Source: Octopus sinensis
Taxonomy: Eukaryota
Assembly (NCBI RefSeq): GCF_006345805.1
Contig: NC_043015.1
Span: forward strand, 9,362,001 to 9,426,000
Direction: 5' to 3'
Length of the DNA stretch: 64,000 nt
Below the pieces are notes generated by a model. The model saw only the letters and a list, made by a program, of their open reading frames with translations. It ran no database searches and was not told the DNA's origin. Position numbers and translations under genes: made by a program. This document shows, piece after piece, positions 1 to 11,135 of the stretch; positions within the stretch are counted from its first letter, which is position 1; each line of letters opens with the position of its first letter.

Positions 1-300
1 GAAAAGAAGAAGAGGAAGAGGAAGAAGGGGAAGAGGAAAAGGAGGTGAAGGAGGAGAAGAAGAATGAGAGGTGCCATGATAGTAGAAATGTGTTAGATCG
101 TCAAGTGCCCTGAAAATAACTTGTTGTGGATGGTAGTAGTGATTGAATACTTGAGACATCCCTTTTGAATGCATTGTTTAAAAAATGTGCGTAAGTGTTA
201 TCCTAAACTGCAATAGTGGTAAAGTTTGGAAGTAGGTGGCGGAGAGGATGAAGACGAAGAAGAAGGAGAAACAGAAAGTAGAATAAGAAAGGAATGTAGG
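1..300. repeat. Purine-rich low-complexity (GAA/GAG) region
   Basis: gaagaagaggaagaggaagaag-type runs at 1-65 and 240-300. Confidence 0.7.
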
Positions 301-395
301 TGGTATGATCGCAGTAGAATTTTAATTGGTTAAGTGACCTACAAGTGATTTGTTATGGATTATATATATATGATTGTGTGTGTGTATGGACCTAT

Positions 396-792
396 ACTCT
401 TTTACTCTTTTAATAGTTTAAGTCATATGAGTGTGGCCTTGCTGGATCACTGCCGTTTTAGTCGTGTACATCGACCCCAGGATTTATTTTTTATAAGCCT
501 AGTACTTATTCTATCGGTCTCTTTATTCGAACCGCTATGTTACACCAGCATCGGTTGTCAAGCGATCTTGGTGGGACGAACACAGACACACAAACGTATA
601 TGCACACACATATACATATACATATACACAGCGGGCTTCTTTCAGTTTTCGTCTACCAAATCCACTCACGAGGCTTTGGTGGGTCCATAGCTATATTAGA
701 AGACATTTGTCCAAGGTGACACGCAGTGGGACTGAACCTAGAACCATGTGGTTTCTAAGCAAGCTACTTACCACACAGCCACTGCTGCGCCT
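396..792 (-). mobile_element. tRNA-derived SINE, family A
   Basis: Reverse complement of the element at 8330, 12826, 38833 and 43068: head agtggctgtgtggtaagtagcttgct...ggttcagtcccactgcgt, central (CA)/(TA) tract, tail gtaaaagagt. Confidence 0.9.
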
Positions 793-1560
793 ATACGTAT
801 ATATGTATGCATATATGCAATTAATATCAGAATGATTTATGAGGACTATGGCATCAGAATTCTTTGTTAGTTATGCAATGTCATTTCAGATGAATACTAA
901 AAAGCACAGCGATGTCCTTATTTGGATGATTACTGATCTAGACTGTCTAATCCTAATTTCAAATATGATGATTCAAATTTCGGGATTCAAATTGCAGGAG
1001 ACCTAATGTTACTGTTGATATTTTATAATAATTGAAGCATTATAGTTGCCTATCTATCATTTGGATTCCAGGTACATGAATCCTGCAGCATCAGAATACT
1101 AAGTTTCAGTTTGGGCCATACATTTAATTCTATTCTCTTACTAACACCATGATTATGTTGAGAAATTATATAAATATCTCCAAGTAGCATTAAGTCTAAA
1201 TCATATTTATCGTTTCTGAAACGAATGTACATTAAGAGAAACAGCAGGGGAATGCAAATCTAGCATCGAGAAAATTGTATCAAGTAGCTATAATGGTGAT
1301 ATGATAGAAAAACAGCAGAAAATATGTCGGTCATTATGAGATTTGTAAATTAACTTTAACGCTAATTGTAATCATATTAAGTGATATTAAAAATAATCTC
1401 ACAAATAGCTCCAATAATATACACAATATACACATACTCTCACACACACACATATATATATATATATATACATATAAATAAGTACATTAAGTATATATAT
1501 TTGTGATTATATATATATATATACACATTAAGATATCTATAGATATATATTTATGATTTT

Positions 1561-1642
<82 letters not shown>

Positions 1643-1767
1643 TTGAGTGTAGAAATTCGGGGTGAGTACTTGATATTTAAGAACCTGTGTATACCGTTTG
1701 GTGGTGTAGGTGGTGGAGTAAATGATCAAAATAAAAATAAAAATAAAAACATGAGGCGAAGGATTCA

Positions 1768-1845
1768 GCGGTACATATGTTTCGGGCCTTTATTAGACAG
1801 ATTCATAACAAATCATAATGTATGTCTGTGGCCTTCTTCAGCGCG
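1768..1845 (-). ncRNA. Type I hammerhead ribozyme motif (left palindrome arm; stem I has a 1-nt defect)
   Basis: Reverse complement reads gcgcg-CUGAAGA-AGGCC...GGCC-C-GAAAC-AUAU-GUA-CCGC. Confidence 0.65.
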
Positions 1846-2055
1846 CACAACAGCTTCCACAAGGACAGGTGTTACTTCCGAAATTCTTGGTTGGGGATGC
1901 AAATCTTCTCGTTCCCGTACGACATAATGCGGCAGCAGCATCGAATTGAATCGAATGAATTCGATGCTGCTGCACATTATGTCGTACGGGAACGAGAAGA
2001 TTTGCATCCCCAACCAAGAATTTCGGAGTAACACATGTCTTGTGGAGCTGTGTGC

Positions 2056-2131
2056 GCGGCTGAAGAAGGCCACAGACATACTTATGATTGTTATGAATCT
2101 GTCTAATAAAGGCCCGAAACATATGTACCGC
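2056..2131 (+). ncRNA. Type I hammerhead ribozyme motif, predicted cleavage after GUA at 2127
   Basis: Stem I GCGG/CCGC; core CUGAAGA; stem II GGCC/GGCC extended by acaga/ucugu; GAAAC; palindromic stem III ACAUAUGU. Confidence 0.8.
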
Positions 2132-2173
2132 TGAATCCTTCGCCTCATGTTTTATTTTTATTTTTATTTTGAT

Positions 2174-2215
<42 letters not shown>

Positions 2216-2391
2216 AGGGCTTAGTAAAATAAATTACTTTGCCACATACTGAACTCATTAGAATAGAAGCTAAAGAAATTTCTTCAGCTATTTCTAATAC
2301 TTAAAGAAGATCTCTCTCAGATAGTGTTTGCCTAAACAACTCACAAAAGTATGGGGGAAAAAACATTAAAAAATCAAGTGCAAAGGTTATT

Positions 2392-2443
2392 TGAGAACGT
2401 ACGTTTCTAGATTAGTCAATTCGACATTTCTTTCTTCAGCTCA
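2392..2443 (-). ncRNA. Type I hammerhead ribozyme motif, tandem copy 1
   Basis: Reverse complement: UGAG-CUGAAGA-A-AGA aau guc gaauu gac uaa UCU-A-GAAAC-GUAC-GUU-CUCA; palindromic stem III ACGUACGU; GUU triplet. Confidence 0.75.
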
Positions 2444-2948
2444 GAATTCCTTGAATCGGATTTGGGAACACTGAAAGTCGGGAGCATACCCTTTCGGCTT
2501 CTAATCACCTCTAGAATTCTGCTCGAACTAAAAGTGCTATCAAATTCGAATATGCAAGCGAAGAATTTCTGCTCTCCCCTTTCCACCAGCGTGGGTTAAA
2601 ATTGACAAACACCATGTATTAACGGTGAAAACCAGCAGAATTTAGCAGAGAGAGATGAATTATAATTTCAACAATTGAGGGTAAAATTAATTAATTATTA
2701 ATCAATTTCACCAAGTATTCAGTATGTAAAGGGACCATTATAGGCGAATTCAAAATATTACATATATATAAGGGCTTAGTAAAATAAATTACTTTGCCAC
2801 ATACTGAACTCATTAGAAATAGCAGCTAAAGAAATTTCTTCAGCTATTTCTAATACTTAAAGAAGATCTCTCTCAGATAGTGTTTGCCTAAAATAACTCA
2901 CAAAAGTGTGGGGGAAAAAACATTAAAAAATCAAGTGCAAAGGTAATT

Positions 2949-3000
2949 TGAGAACGTACGTTTCTAGATTAGTCAATTCGACATTTCTTTCTTCAGCTCA
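2949..3000 (-). ncRNA. Type I hammerhead ribozyme motif, tandem copy 2
   Basis: Identical to 2392-2443, 557 bp away. Confidence 0.75.
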
Positions 3001-3346
3001 GAATTCCTTGAATCGGATTTGGGAACACTGAAAGTCGGGAGCATACCTTTCGGCTTCTAATCACTCTAGAATTCTGCTCGAACTAAAAGTGCTATCAAAT
3101 TCGAATATGCAAGCGAAGAATTTCTGCTCTCCCCTTTCCACCAGCGTGGATTAAAATTGACAAACACCATGTATTAACGGTGAAAACCGCAGAATTTAGC
3201 AGATATATATATATATATATATATTATGTATATATATTGATATAAATATGTAAGCATATAGATACACACTTGCATATACAATATATTTTTATATGCCCGT
3301 GCGTGTGACAGTGTGTGTATGTATGTGTATATTCTTATCGCACATT

Positions 3347-3685
3347 TCATAAACTGTATAAAATGTAAAAAGAAACTGTTTTGGCATAGATCTTTTCACC
3401 GCCAAAATTTATCAAAATAAAGTTATCACAAGAGATTCCTGATATTTTTTGCAGCGCATCTATTTTGGTATTTCCTAATAATTCTGTGAAAAAGCACAAA
3501 ACAACATTTTGTGTATATTCGTACACATTATGTATCATTCCAATGAACACAGACAATGTAGTTAAAACTTCAAACATTTGTATGTCATAGGAAACATCGG
3601 GCGGCAATTCGTCTTCATAATAACGTATGAAAGAAATTATGAATGCTCCTAAAATCAATATGGGTATATATGTAACGTATAAATT
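3347..3685 (-). other. Stop-free reading frame (~112 codons) with two hydrophobic stretches; possible membrane-protein exon or remnant
   Basis: NLYVTYIPILILGAFIISFIRYYEDELPPDVSYDIQMFEVLTTLSVFIGMIHNVYEY...; no ATG and no convincing splice acceptor; could be chance in AT-rich DNA. Confidence 0.2.
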
Positions 3686-4689
3686 TCATACTCAAAACTT
3701 TGAAGCATATGGACCAAGTTAGGGTCGGTAATATTTCATGTTTTATGTCCGCATATTATTTTATTGTTTTGGTATTTATGTTGTTTTACAATGTTATTTT
3801 TTATGAAATTATTTAATTTTGGCACAACTCGGACGTGAGCGATGCAACTTAACATATTTCATTTTCTAAGCTAAATAATTTAGTGGATTCTTCGATAAGA
3901 GAACTGCTATTTGTTGCAGTTGCACCAACGAGAAATTTCAATCCTTTCCTAAACCAATCGTTATTTTGTCCATATAAAATTAATCGCCCCCACACTCAAA
4001 AACAAAAACAAAAAAAATATTAATAATAAAAACTAAATATTTTACTCACTTCTCACTGAAGTTCGAATTTCGAAGCACTTCACAATAAATGTAAGAGGAA
4101 CTTGAAAATAGAAAATGCTTATCCAGATAGATTTGTATTTATATTTCACGACATGAATTGAGCTGAAGTAGTATTGATGAAAATTAGGATTCCCCTAGTT
4201 TCTGACATTACTCATGTAAGGTTTGGCAATGTGTTCACGTCTGCAGTATGTTCTTATAGGAAGGTGTATAAATAAACACATTGTAGTTGCAATTCATTTA
4301 GAATTTCATTTAACATCAATTAATCATTCGACTATATTATCATAAATGAACACAATAGTGTCCCTCGTTTAGAGCTCAAAAATATATACGTAAAGATGTA
4401 TGTATGTATGAGTATATATACGGAAAAAAATAAGATGGAAAAACACAGATTGGTTTTACAAGACTACAGAATACATTAAAATCATAATAGCAAAGTATCA
4501 TGCAATATTGTAAAAGTTAAGATGTTCTTCTTCCAACAGAATATGTGGTTTCGCTATCGCCTTTTCACATTATGAGTTTTGTATGAATTTCTGCATTAGA
4601 CGTTTGGTTTTCTTGGAGGGATGATTGGTAACCCAGGTAATTTTCAGGAGATGGGAGGTAACTCTGTAATTTTTATATTGGTCTAAATT

Positions 4690-4875
4690 TGATTATTATA
4701 GTTTTTTGGGGTAAATATTTAACTTTCAATATGGGTTTATATTTAATTCCGGCTTACATTTTTTTTATAAATGAAGCTTCTTTAGTTCTCGTGGTTCTAT
4801 TGAGGTCCGAATTGATACAATAGGAAGAACGATGGGGAGATTAGGAATTGTGGTTGCAGTTGTTCTGCACACCTG
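4690..4875 (-). mobile_element. PLE GIY-YIG endonuclease C-terminal remnant
   Basis: Translates RTTRTKEASFIKK/CKPELN (1-nt frameshift in an A-run), matching the R..E..FI....P.LN end motif of PLE endonucleases; starts next to (TA)n. Confidence 0.45.
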
Positions 4876-4901
4876 TGATATATATGTATATGACTATAAC
4901 C

Positions 4902-4952
<51 letters not shown>

Positions 4953-5059
4953 TAAATGTTAATATGTATATATATACATATCGTAGTTAAATGTATATAT
5001 ATATCATACATATATATACACAGGTGCACACACATACACACACACACATATATATATAA

Positions 5060-5099
<40 letters not shown>

Positions 5100-5541
5100 T
5101 ATTTATATTTGTAATTTCATGTATGTGTATATATGTGCCTTCATATTTGTATATATGGTAGTGGTGAGACGCAGTTTACTTATGACCCATATTACGTTTG
5201 TACCACTGTATATGTGTGTTTCTGTCTTACGTTTTCAAACTATTCTCTATAGAGAAAAAAAAACACACGAAAACAAATTCTGAAATGTTATTTTTCTTTA
5301 AAAATTTTACATGCAGATCTGTTTTGGTAAATAGCAGCTTTCGCATGAACGATGAAAAAACTCAAGAAGAGTCAAGAAAATGTGAATGAAAAAAATATGT
5401 GCACCTTCAGCTCAATACAGGTCGTGAAATATAAATACACATTTATCTGAATAAGCATTTTCTCTTTTTCAAGTTCCTCCTACGTTTATTGCGAAATTCT
5501 TCGAAATTCGAATGATGTGAGTAAATTTAGATAATATACTG

Positions 5542-5618
<77 letters not shown>

Positions 5619-5646
5619 CCTAAATATTTATTTCTTTTGCCGCATG

Positions 5647-5656
5647 TATCACTGAC

Positions 5657-5665
<9 letters not shown>
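5647..5665 (+). ncRNA. 5' half of a hammerhead motif truncated by (TA)n
   Basis: CUGACGA-AGGGAUAU has the same stem II start as the motif at 21013; the 3' half is absent. Confidence 0.35.
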
Positions 5666-5688
<23 letters not shown>

Positions 5689-5774
5689 GTGAAATAGAAA
5701 GATGAATAATCTTGTAGCAGATTAATCAAACGATTTCTGTTCAATCTTCGTTCAGCTCCATTTCTTCAATTCAC

Positions 5775-5815
<41 letters not shown>

Positions 5816-5824
5816 TATATATAT

Positions 5825-5855
<31 letters not shown>

Positions 5856-6124
5856 CATTTTTGTTAGTAGTGAGTAAAATATTAAGAAGATTGCGTACAC
5901 ATAAATCATGTCGTGAAGTACACTAGAGAAGTAGGTGAAATGTTCATGAAAATTATTAACAACAAGCGCTTTAATTGAAGTGGTCGACTAATAGAATAAG
6001 CACGAGTGTCTGTCAGTGTCTGCAGCTGAAAGTTATATCTCTATAAAAGTAGGCATATATATGTATATGTGTGATTATAATTATATGATTATATATATAT
6101 ATATATATATATATATCTTCTTTT

Positions 6125-6283
6125 TTATCCTTTTACTTGTTTCAGTCATTTGTCTGCAGCCATTCTGGAGCACCACATTTAGTCGAACAAATCGAGCCTA
6201 GGACTTATTCTATCGGTTTGTTATACTGAATCGCTAGGACGTGTACACACCAACATATATTGTCAAGCGACGATGGGGAGACA

Positions 6284-6323
<40 letters not shown>

Positions 6324-6407
6324 ATATTATCTTTTACTATAAAATTGGTTTCAATCCTAAATCTGATTTGTCCCTGTAAGTTTGGATTTATTCCCTAATA
6401 TTTATTA

Positions 6408-6438
<31 letters not shown>

Positions 6439-6515
6439 AACCACGGGCTTCTCTCTCTTTCCCTCTACCAAATCCACCCACAAGGCTTCCGTCGGCCCGA
6501 GGCTGTAGTAAAAGG
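6125..6515 (-). mobile_element. SINE family A interrupted by a (TA)n-flanked PLE-type fragment
   Basis: SINE tail half 6125-6290 and head half 6440-6515 separated by the 6320-6407 insert. Confidence 0.8.
6320..6407 (-). mobile_element. Fragment of the same family as the 50470-50900 cassette
   Basis: Reverse complement matches aataaatattagggaataaatccaaatttacaggg...cagatttaggatt at 50471-50545. Confidence 0.8.
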
Positions 6516-7032
6516 TGAAATATTGGCTTACATGTGCATTTTTCGACAATTATTTCTAGCAACGCTGGTACTTCGTGTACCCTCAATTATAGTTGATAAT
6601 TAATTACATATATATGTATGGGTGTATGTGGGTGTGTATGCGTATGTGTGTGTATGCTCGTGTGTGTGGGGGGAGAGAGAGAGAGATTTCAAAAATCTAA
6701 CGAAAACAGCTATTTCCTCATCTGTCAAGGTCCATTAGATCCTTACAAATTTGATCTTTTAACATTGACATTGTACACTTTTGATAAGCCACTGATAATA
6801 CAGTGAAAAATGGGTCATACGGCAGCGGGACAGACGTATATGCGGTAACATAAAGTAAAATGAAAATGCCCTGTACGCCTGGAACGCAGAATGAAAGTCA
6901 GAATGATGGAAGAAGTAAGCAGGAAACTGAGAGAAGCCCGTGGTATAGAGAGCACAGGGAAATATGACCGACCAAGTCAATGGTAAAGCAAAAAGGGATG
7001 ATACATGTGAATGATATGGATCATATAATTGT

Positions 7033-7275
7033 GGGAGAAGGGCAGCGAGCTTGCAGAATCGTTAGCACGCCGGGCGGAATGCTTAGTGATATTTTGCCTG
7101 CCGTTACGTTCTGAGTTCAAATTCAGCCAAGGTAAACTTTGCCTTTCATCCTCTCGGGGTCGATTAAATAAGTACCTGTTACGCACTGGCGTCGATGTAA
7201 TCAACTTAATCCCTTTCTTTGTCTTTATGTGTCCTCTCTATGTGTAGCTCCCTGTGGGCAATAATGAAATAAATA
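7033..7275 (+). mobile_element. tRNA-derived SINE, family B
   Basis: gcgagcttgcagaatcgttagcacgccgggcg...gttctgagttcaaatt...ttgcctttcatcct.tcggggtcgattaaataagtacc; homologous to 14162-14789, 28770-28970 and 40345-40549. Confidence 0.85.
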
Positions 7276-8329
7276 TTTGTGGGAGAAGTGAGAAAATGTC
7301 TTGAAGAGCAGAGAGAAAGAAGCAACAGAAGAAAATGTAAAAGAGTGAATGAGAGAGAAAGAGATAGGGACGAAGGTAAATGGGAGACAAAAGAGAAACA
7401 GGTATAGACGCCACAGAATATGTACCAAGAATATTCTACAAATGTGTAAAAATACGTAAGTGTATAGCTTTACATAAATAATATGTATGTATGTGTCTGA
7501 GTGTGTATATAATTATAACCCAGACACGCATAGTTAAACTCTGTCATCTCTCTCTATCTCTCTCTCTGTCTTTCACGTACACAATCTATATAGTGAATTA
7601 AAGAAGTCTATATAAGTAAACCAGATAAAATCATTGAAAATATTTTATATATGTGTTAATGAATCTGAAAAATAATTACTTTCTTCCGATATTAAATTTT
7701 CGATTTGATATACGTAACATATGGCGCCATGAAAGTGCTGTTCTCCATTTCAAATCATTTCGCAATAAGCAGACACACGTTTGTCTTTTATTCATTTTAT
7801 GAAGTCTGTAACGTTTCTGATTATTACGTTATATTTCTCAAAACAATGTTCAGATAAGATGTCATCTGGACAAAATGAGAGTTATACAAATACAAATTGC
7901 CTCATCCAAAGGGGAGATCTTTCTCTAACCATTAATATTCTAGCGCTCGCACGTATTTGCGTAGAATTTAGAACTCTCCGACACTTGAAAGACATTATCG
8001 ACAAAATATTACGCAAAGTATGTGAAAGAGTGAACGACACTTAAAGACACTTGACTTTATTTCATTGAATTTTGTTATGTTTGCTTCTTGGATGGCGACT
8101 TTATTTTTTTCCCACTCCTTGTACTCATGACTTGGCTTTATTACAATACGGGCGTGCAATGATAACGTTTGATTGATAAATTACCTCTCAAATGTAGGTT
8201 TCGGTTCGATGTAATTTGGTAGCATTTTAGAAAATATTTAAAGTAAGTTAGCGTACAAAGTGCATCTCTCTGCATGCACGCAGTATAAAACCATTTGAGT
8301 TTGTTATATTTTAACACAGTAAGTTATAC

Positions 8330-8745
8330 AGGCGTAAGAGTGTCTGTTTGGTAAGTAGCTTGCTTACGAACCACGTGGTTCCGGGTTCAGTTCCTTTGCG
8401 TGGCACCTTGGGCAAGTCTCTTCTAATATAGCCTCGGGCCGACCAAAGCCTTATGAGTGGATTTGGTAGACGGAAACTGAAAGAAGCGCGTCGTATGTAT
8501 GTATGTATATATGTGTGTGTGTATACGTTTGTGTGTCTGTGTTTGTCTCCCCAACATCGCTTGACAACCGATGCTGGTGTGTTTACGTCCCCGTAACTTA
8601 TCGGTTCGGCAAAATAGACCGATAGAATAAGTACTAGATTTACAAAGATTAAATTCTGGGGTCGATTTGCTCAACCAAAGGCGGTGCTCCAGCATAGCCA
8701 CAGTCACATGACTGAAACAAAAAAAAAGAGTAAAGAGTAAAGAGT
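8330..8745 (+). mobile_element. SINE family A
   Basis: Full head, body and gtaaagag tail. Confidence 0.9.
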
Positions 8746-9814
8746 GAGTGGGAAAAAATATAGCCGACTGACTGAATCTTTAATACAATAATGCAGCTTA
8801 GTGAAAAAATATTCCGACCGTTGAATGCTCTTAAGTTTACACATCTGTGAAGAATATATTGACGCTTCACTTAAAGTTGGCAAGAATTTATATTGGTCGT
8901 TCTGCATTTGCATACGGATCATTAAAAACGATAGGGGTTCCATAAAATGTGTTATACGCATATGCAGTTCTTGTACGTATGTATACTTGTGTATGCCCCT
9001 TTATAAACATTCTGAAGGTAGCAGATTGCTCTCGAAATGTAGGCTAGGTAGCACTACAGACAGCTCAAATCAGTAATGAGACTGAGTAAAATTCCTAACA
9101 TGCGAAATGAAAAAAATCTACTCAGCAATAAGTGAACAATATACCCTATTTTATAGCCCACGCCATTTTACCTTCACTATACGCTCACAGAATATACACT
9201 TCCGCAATCAAATTATAAATTATTACAAATTATATTTCATCATTCGCAAATGATAACCATTTCTCTTTTCAACACGTCATTAATGCTCTGTGCATTTACT
9301 AATTAACGATGATTAAAGACTAAAGCAATTCAAGTTATATAATTAACATTCGATGAAATACATGTGGCCTTCAGCATGATATACATGCGGAACGAACTGT
9401 AAATATGATCCTATTCCGCTTTTCTGATGCTTTTGAAACTCAGACCTGATAGGTTTCATAATATTTCTCATAAATCCTAGATACATGATTGTAAGTCATG
9501 TGTAATATGACTATATCTATTTATCTACTTACTTACATACCTACCAACCTACATACCTACCTAACTACCTTCCTACCAATCTATCTATATCTATATATTT
9601 GTGTGTGTGCTTATATGTGCTTGTGTGTATGTATATGTATGTTAATCCTAATATGCGTCTTTTTATATCTCTCTATATAAATATTATACATGCCTGTGTA
9701 TATTGCAAGTTTGTTTATGCATGCAATCTTTTAAAGTTTTATCGTTTCACTCACCCGATTGTGGGCTATGTCTGGTCACCGACTTCAAGGATTTTAGTCA
9801 AACAAATAAACCTA

Positions 9815-9866
<52 letters not shown>

Positions 9867-10286
9867 AGACGTGCAAAATCGAACACACATACACAAGTTT
9901 TGTATGTTGTTAGTCTGTGGATCGGCTGTGTTTGTATGCGTCAAAGAATATATTCTCATATTTTTTTCCCGTGAAATTAAATGTTCGAACATGTCTGCTA
10001 GTGGTTCCTAAAGCATTTAGCATAAATACATATATTTCATACAGCAGGACTACTTAGGTACTCGGCATTGAAAAGTCATAAGAATGACGACTCATCGATA
10101 TCCGTTGCGCCGCGAAGAGACATTGATGTGTGTCGTCTCGCTTGCTTATCACTTCCTTTCAAGTGCTTTAATATAAGCTGCATTGAGAATATGTTCTCTT
10201 AGGCCTAAAAACGCAGCCAACCCACAAATTCACAGCAGAAACAGCTTGTGTATGATCGGTCTATTTTCGAGCTGTTTCCAATTTAC

Positions 10287-10334
<48 letters not shown>

Positions 10335-10443
10335 TTTGAACATAATAAATAACAATAGGGTAATAAGAAATTATTATTACCAGTAGCCTAGAACAAAAAC
10401 GAATTAGACTATATATTATTCACATAGGAATACAATACGAGAC

Positions 10444-10689
10444 TTCCAAATGGGAAAGTATTGTGCTAGAAAGAGCAGTAGAAGAGTCAAACCACCATGT
10501 ATGTTTGAAATCTAAAGTCTGTCCCACTGATGAAACTGGCCTTCAGCGAATATTCTTTTGCTGGAAATAGTTAGAAACCATGGTCTGGGAAATAACGTTT
10601 TTAATTTTCATTCCTTTCGAGAATTTATCCTTATTTGTTGGTTTAAGTTTTCTACTGCTCTTTCTAGCACAAGGCGTTCCTATTTGAAA
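10444..10689 (+). mobile_element. PLE-type cassette with ~55 bp inverted arms (10444-10497 / 10632-10689) around an HHR, between (TA)n tracts
   Basis: ttgtgctagaaagagcagtagaa vs ttctactgctctttctagcacaa. Confidence 0.75.
10523..10589 (+). ncRNA. Type I hammerhead ribozyme motif, predicted cleavage after GUC at 10585
   Basis: CCCA-CUGAUGA-AACU..(uucagcgaa/uuugcugga)..AGUU-A-GAAAC-CAUG-GUC-UGGG; palindromic stem III ACCAUGGU. Confidence 0.85.
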
Positions 10690-10710
10690 GCCTCTTATTG
10701 CATTTCTATG

Positions 10711-10763
<53 letters not shown>

Positions 10764-11022
10764 CACACATATTTATATATGCATATGCATGTGTATTCAT
10801 AAATGTTTGTGTTTTTGTATGCTTATATGTATGGAATTAAATTCAACTGCACAACATACGTACGGTATTATCTACTTTTATCTACTCAATCTGTGACAGT
10901 ATTGCAGTATGAGAAATGGAATTGATAGAAATGTTAAGCCTCTCCTTAATTTCGTCGAAGCAATACGTATATCTGATTGAGAAAAACTGAAGTGATATTA
11001 ACGATAATTTACTATTACTCAC

Positions 11023-11135
11023 TTGACAGGTAGCGAATGAAGCGAACTGCAAAATTAGGATGATAGTGCTACAGTTTTTCACATGCCAAAATGAACGAAT
11101 GGTGGCGTATACTATATTCGGATTTTGAAGATAGC
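11023..11135 (-). CDS. Candidate internal exon, CUB-domain-like N-terminal half
   Basis: Acceptor cccttag| and donor |gtgagtaa, phase 1 to 0, open frame (G)YLQNPNIVYATIRSFWHVKNCSTIILILQFASFATCQ; W/V+2/L+10/L+12/F+14/F+17 spacing matches the CUB pattern WxI..IxLxFxxF. Confidence 0.4.

Larger units (their letters stand above)
1723..2175. repeat. ~453 bp foldback palindrome (arms ~225 bp, loop ~1948-1957), PLE-type inverted terminal repeat
   Basis: tgatcaaaataaaaataaaaataaaaacatgaggcgaagg... is mirrored by ...ccttcgcctcatgttttatttttatttttattttgatca; arms differ mostly by single-base indels. Confidence 0.95.
2216..3202 (-). mobile_element. Direct tandem of a ~555 bp HHR-bearing unit (2216-2770 complete, 2771-3202 partial); PLE terminal repeat or retrozyme-like
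   Basis: agggcttagtaaaataaattactttgccac starts at both 2216 and 2771; near-identical over ~430 bp; flanked by (TA)n on both sides. Confidence 0.85.

Noticed and set aside
1813-2176. Mirror-image ORFs on both strands
   Set aside because: A consequence of the palindrome; the conserved signal is RNA structure, not protein
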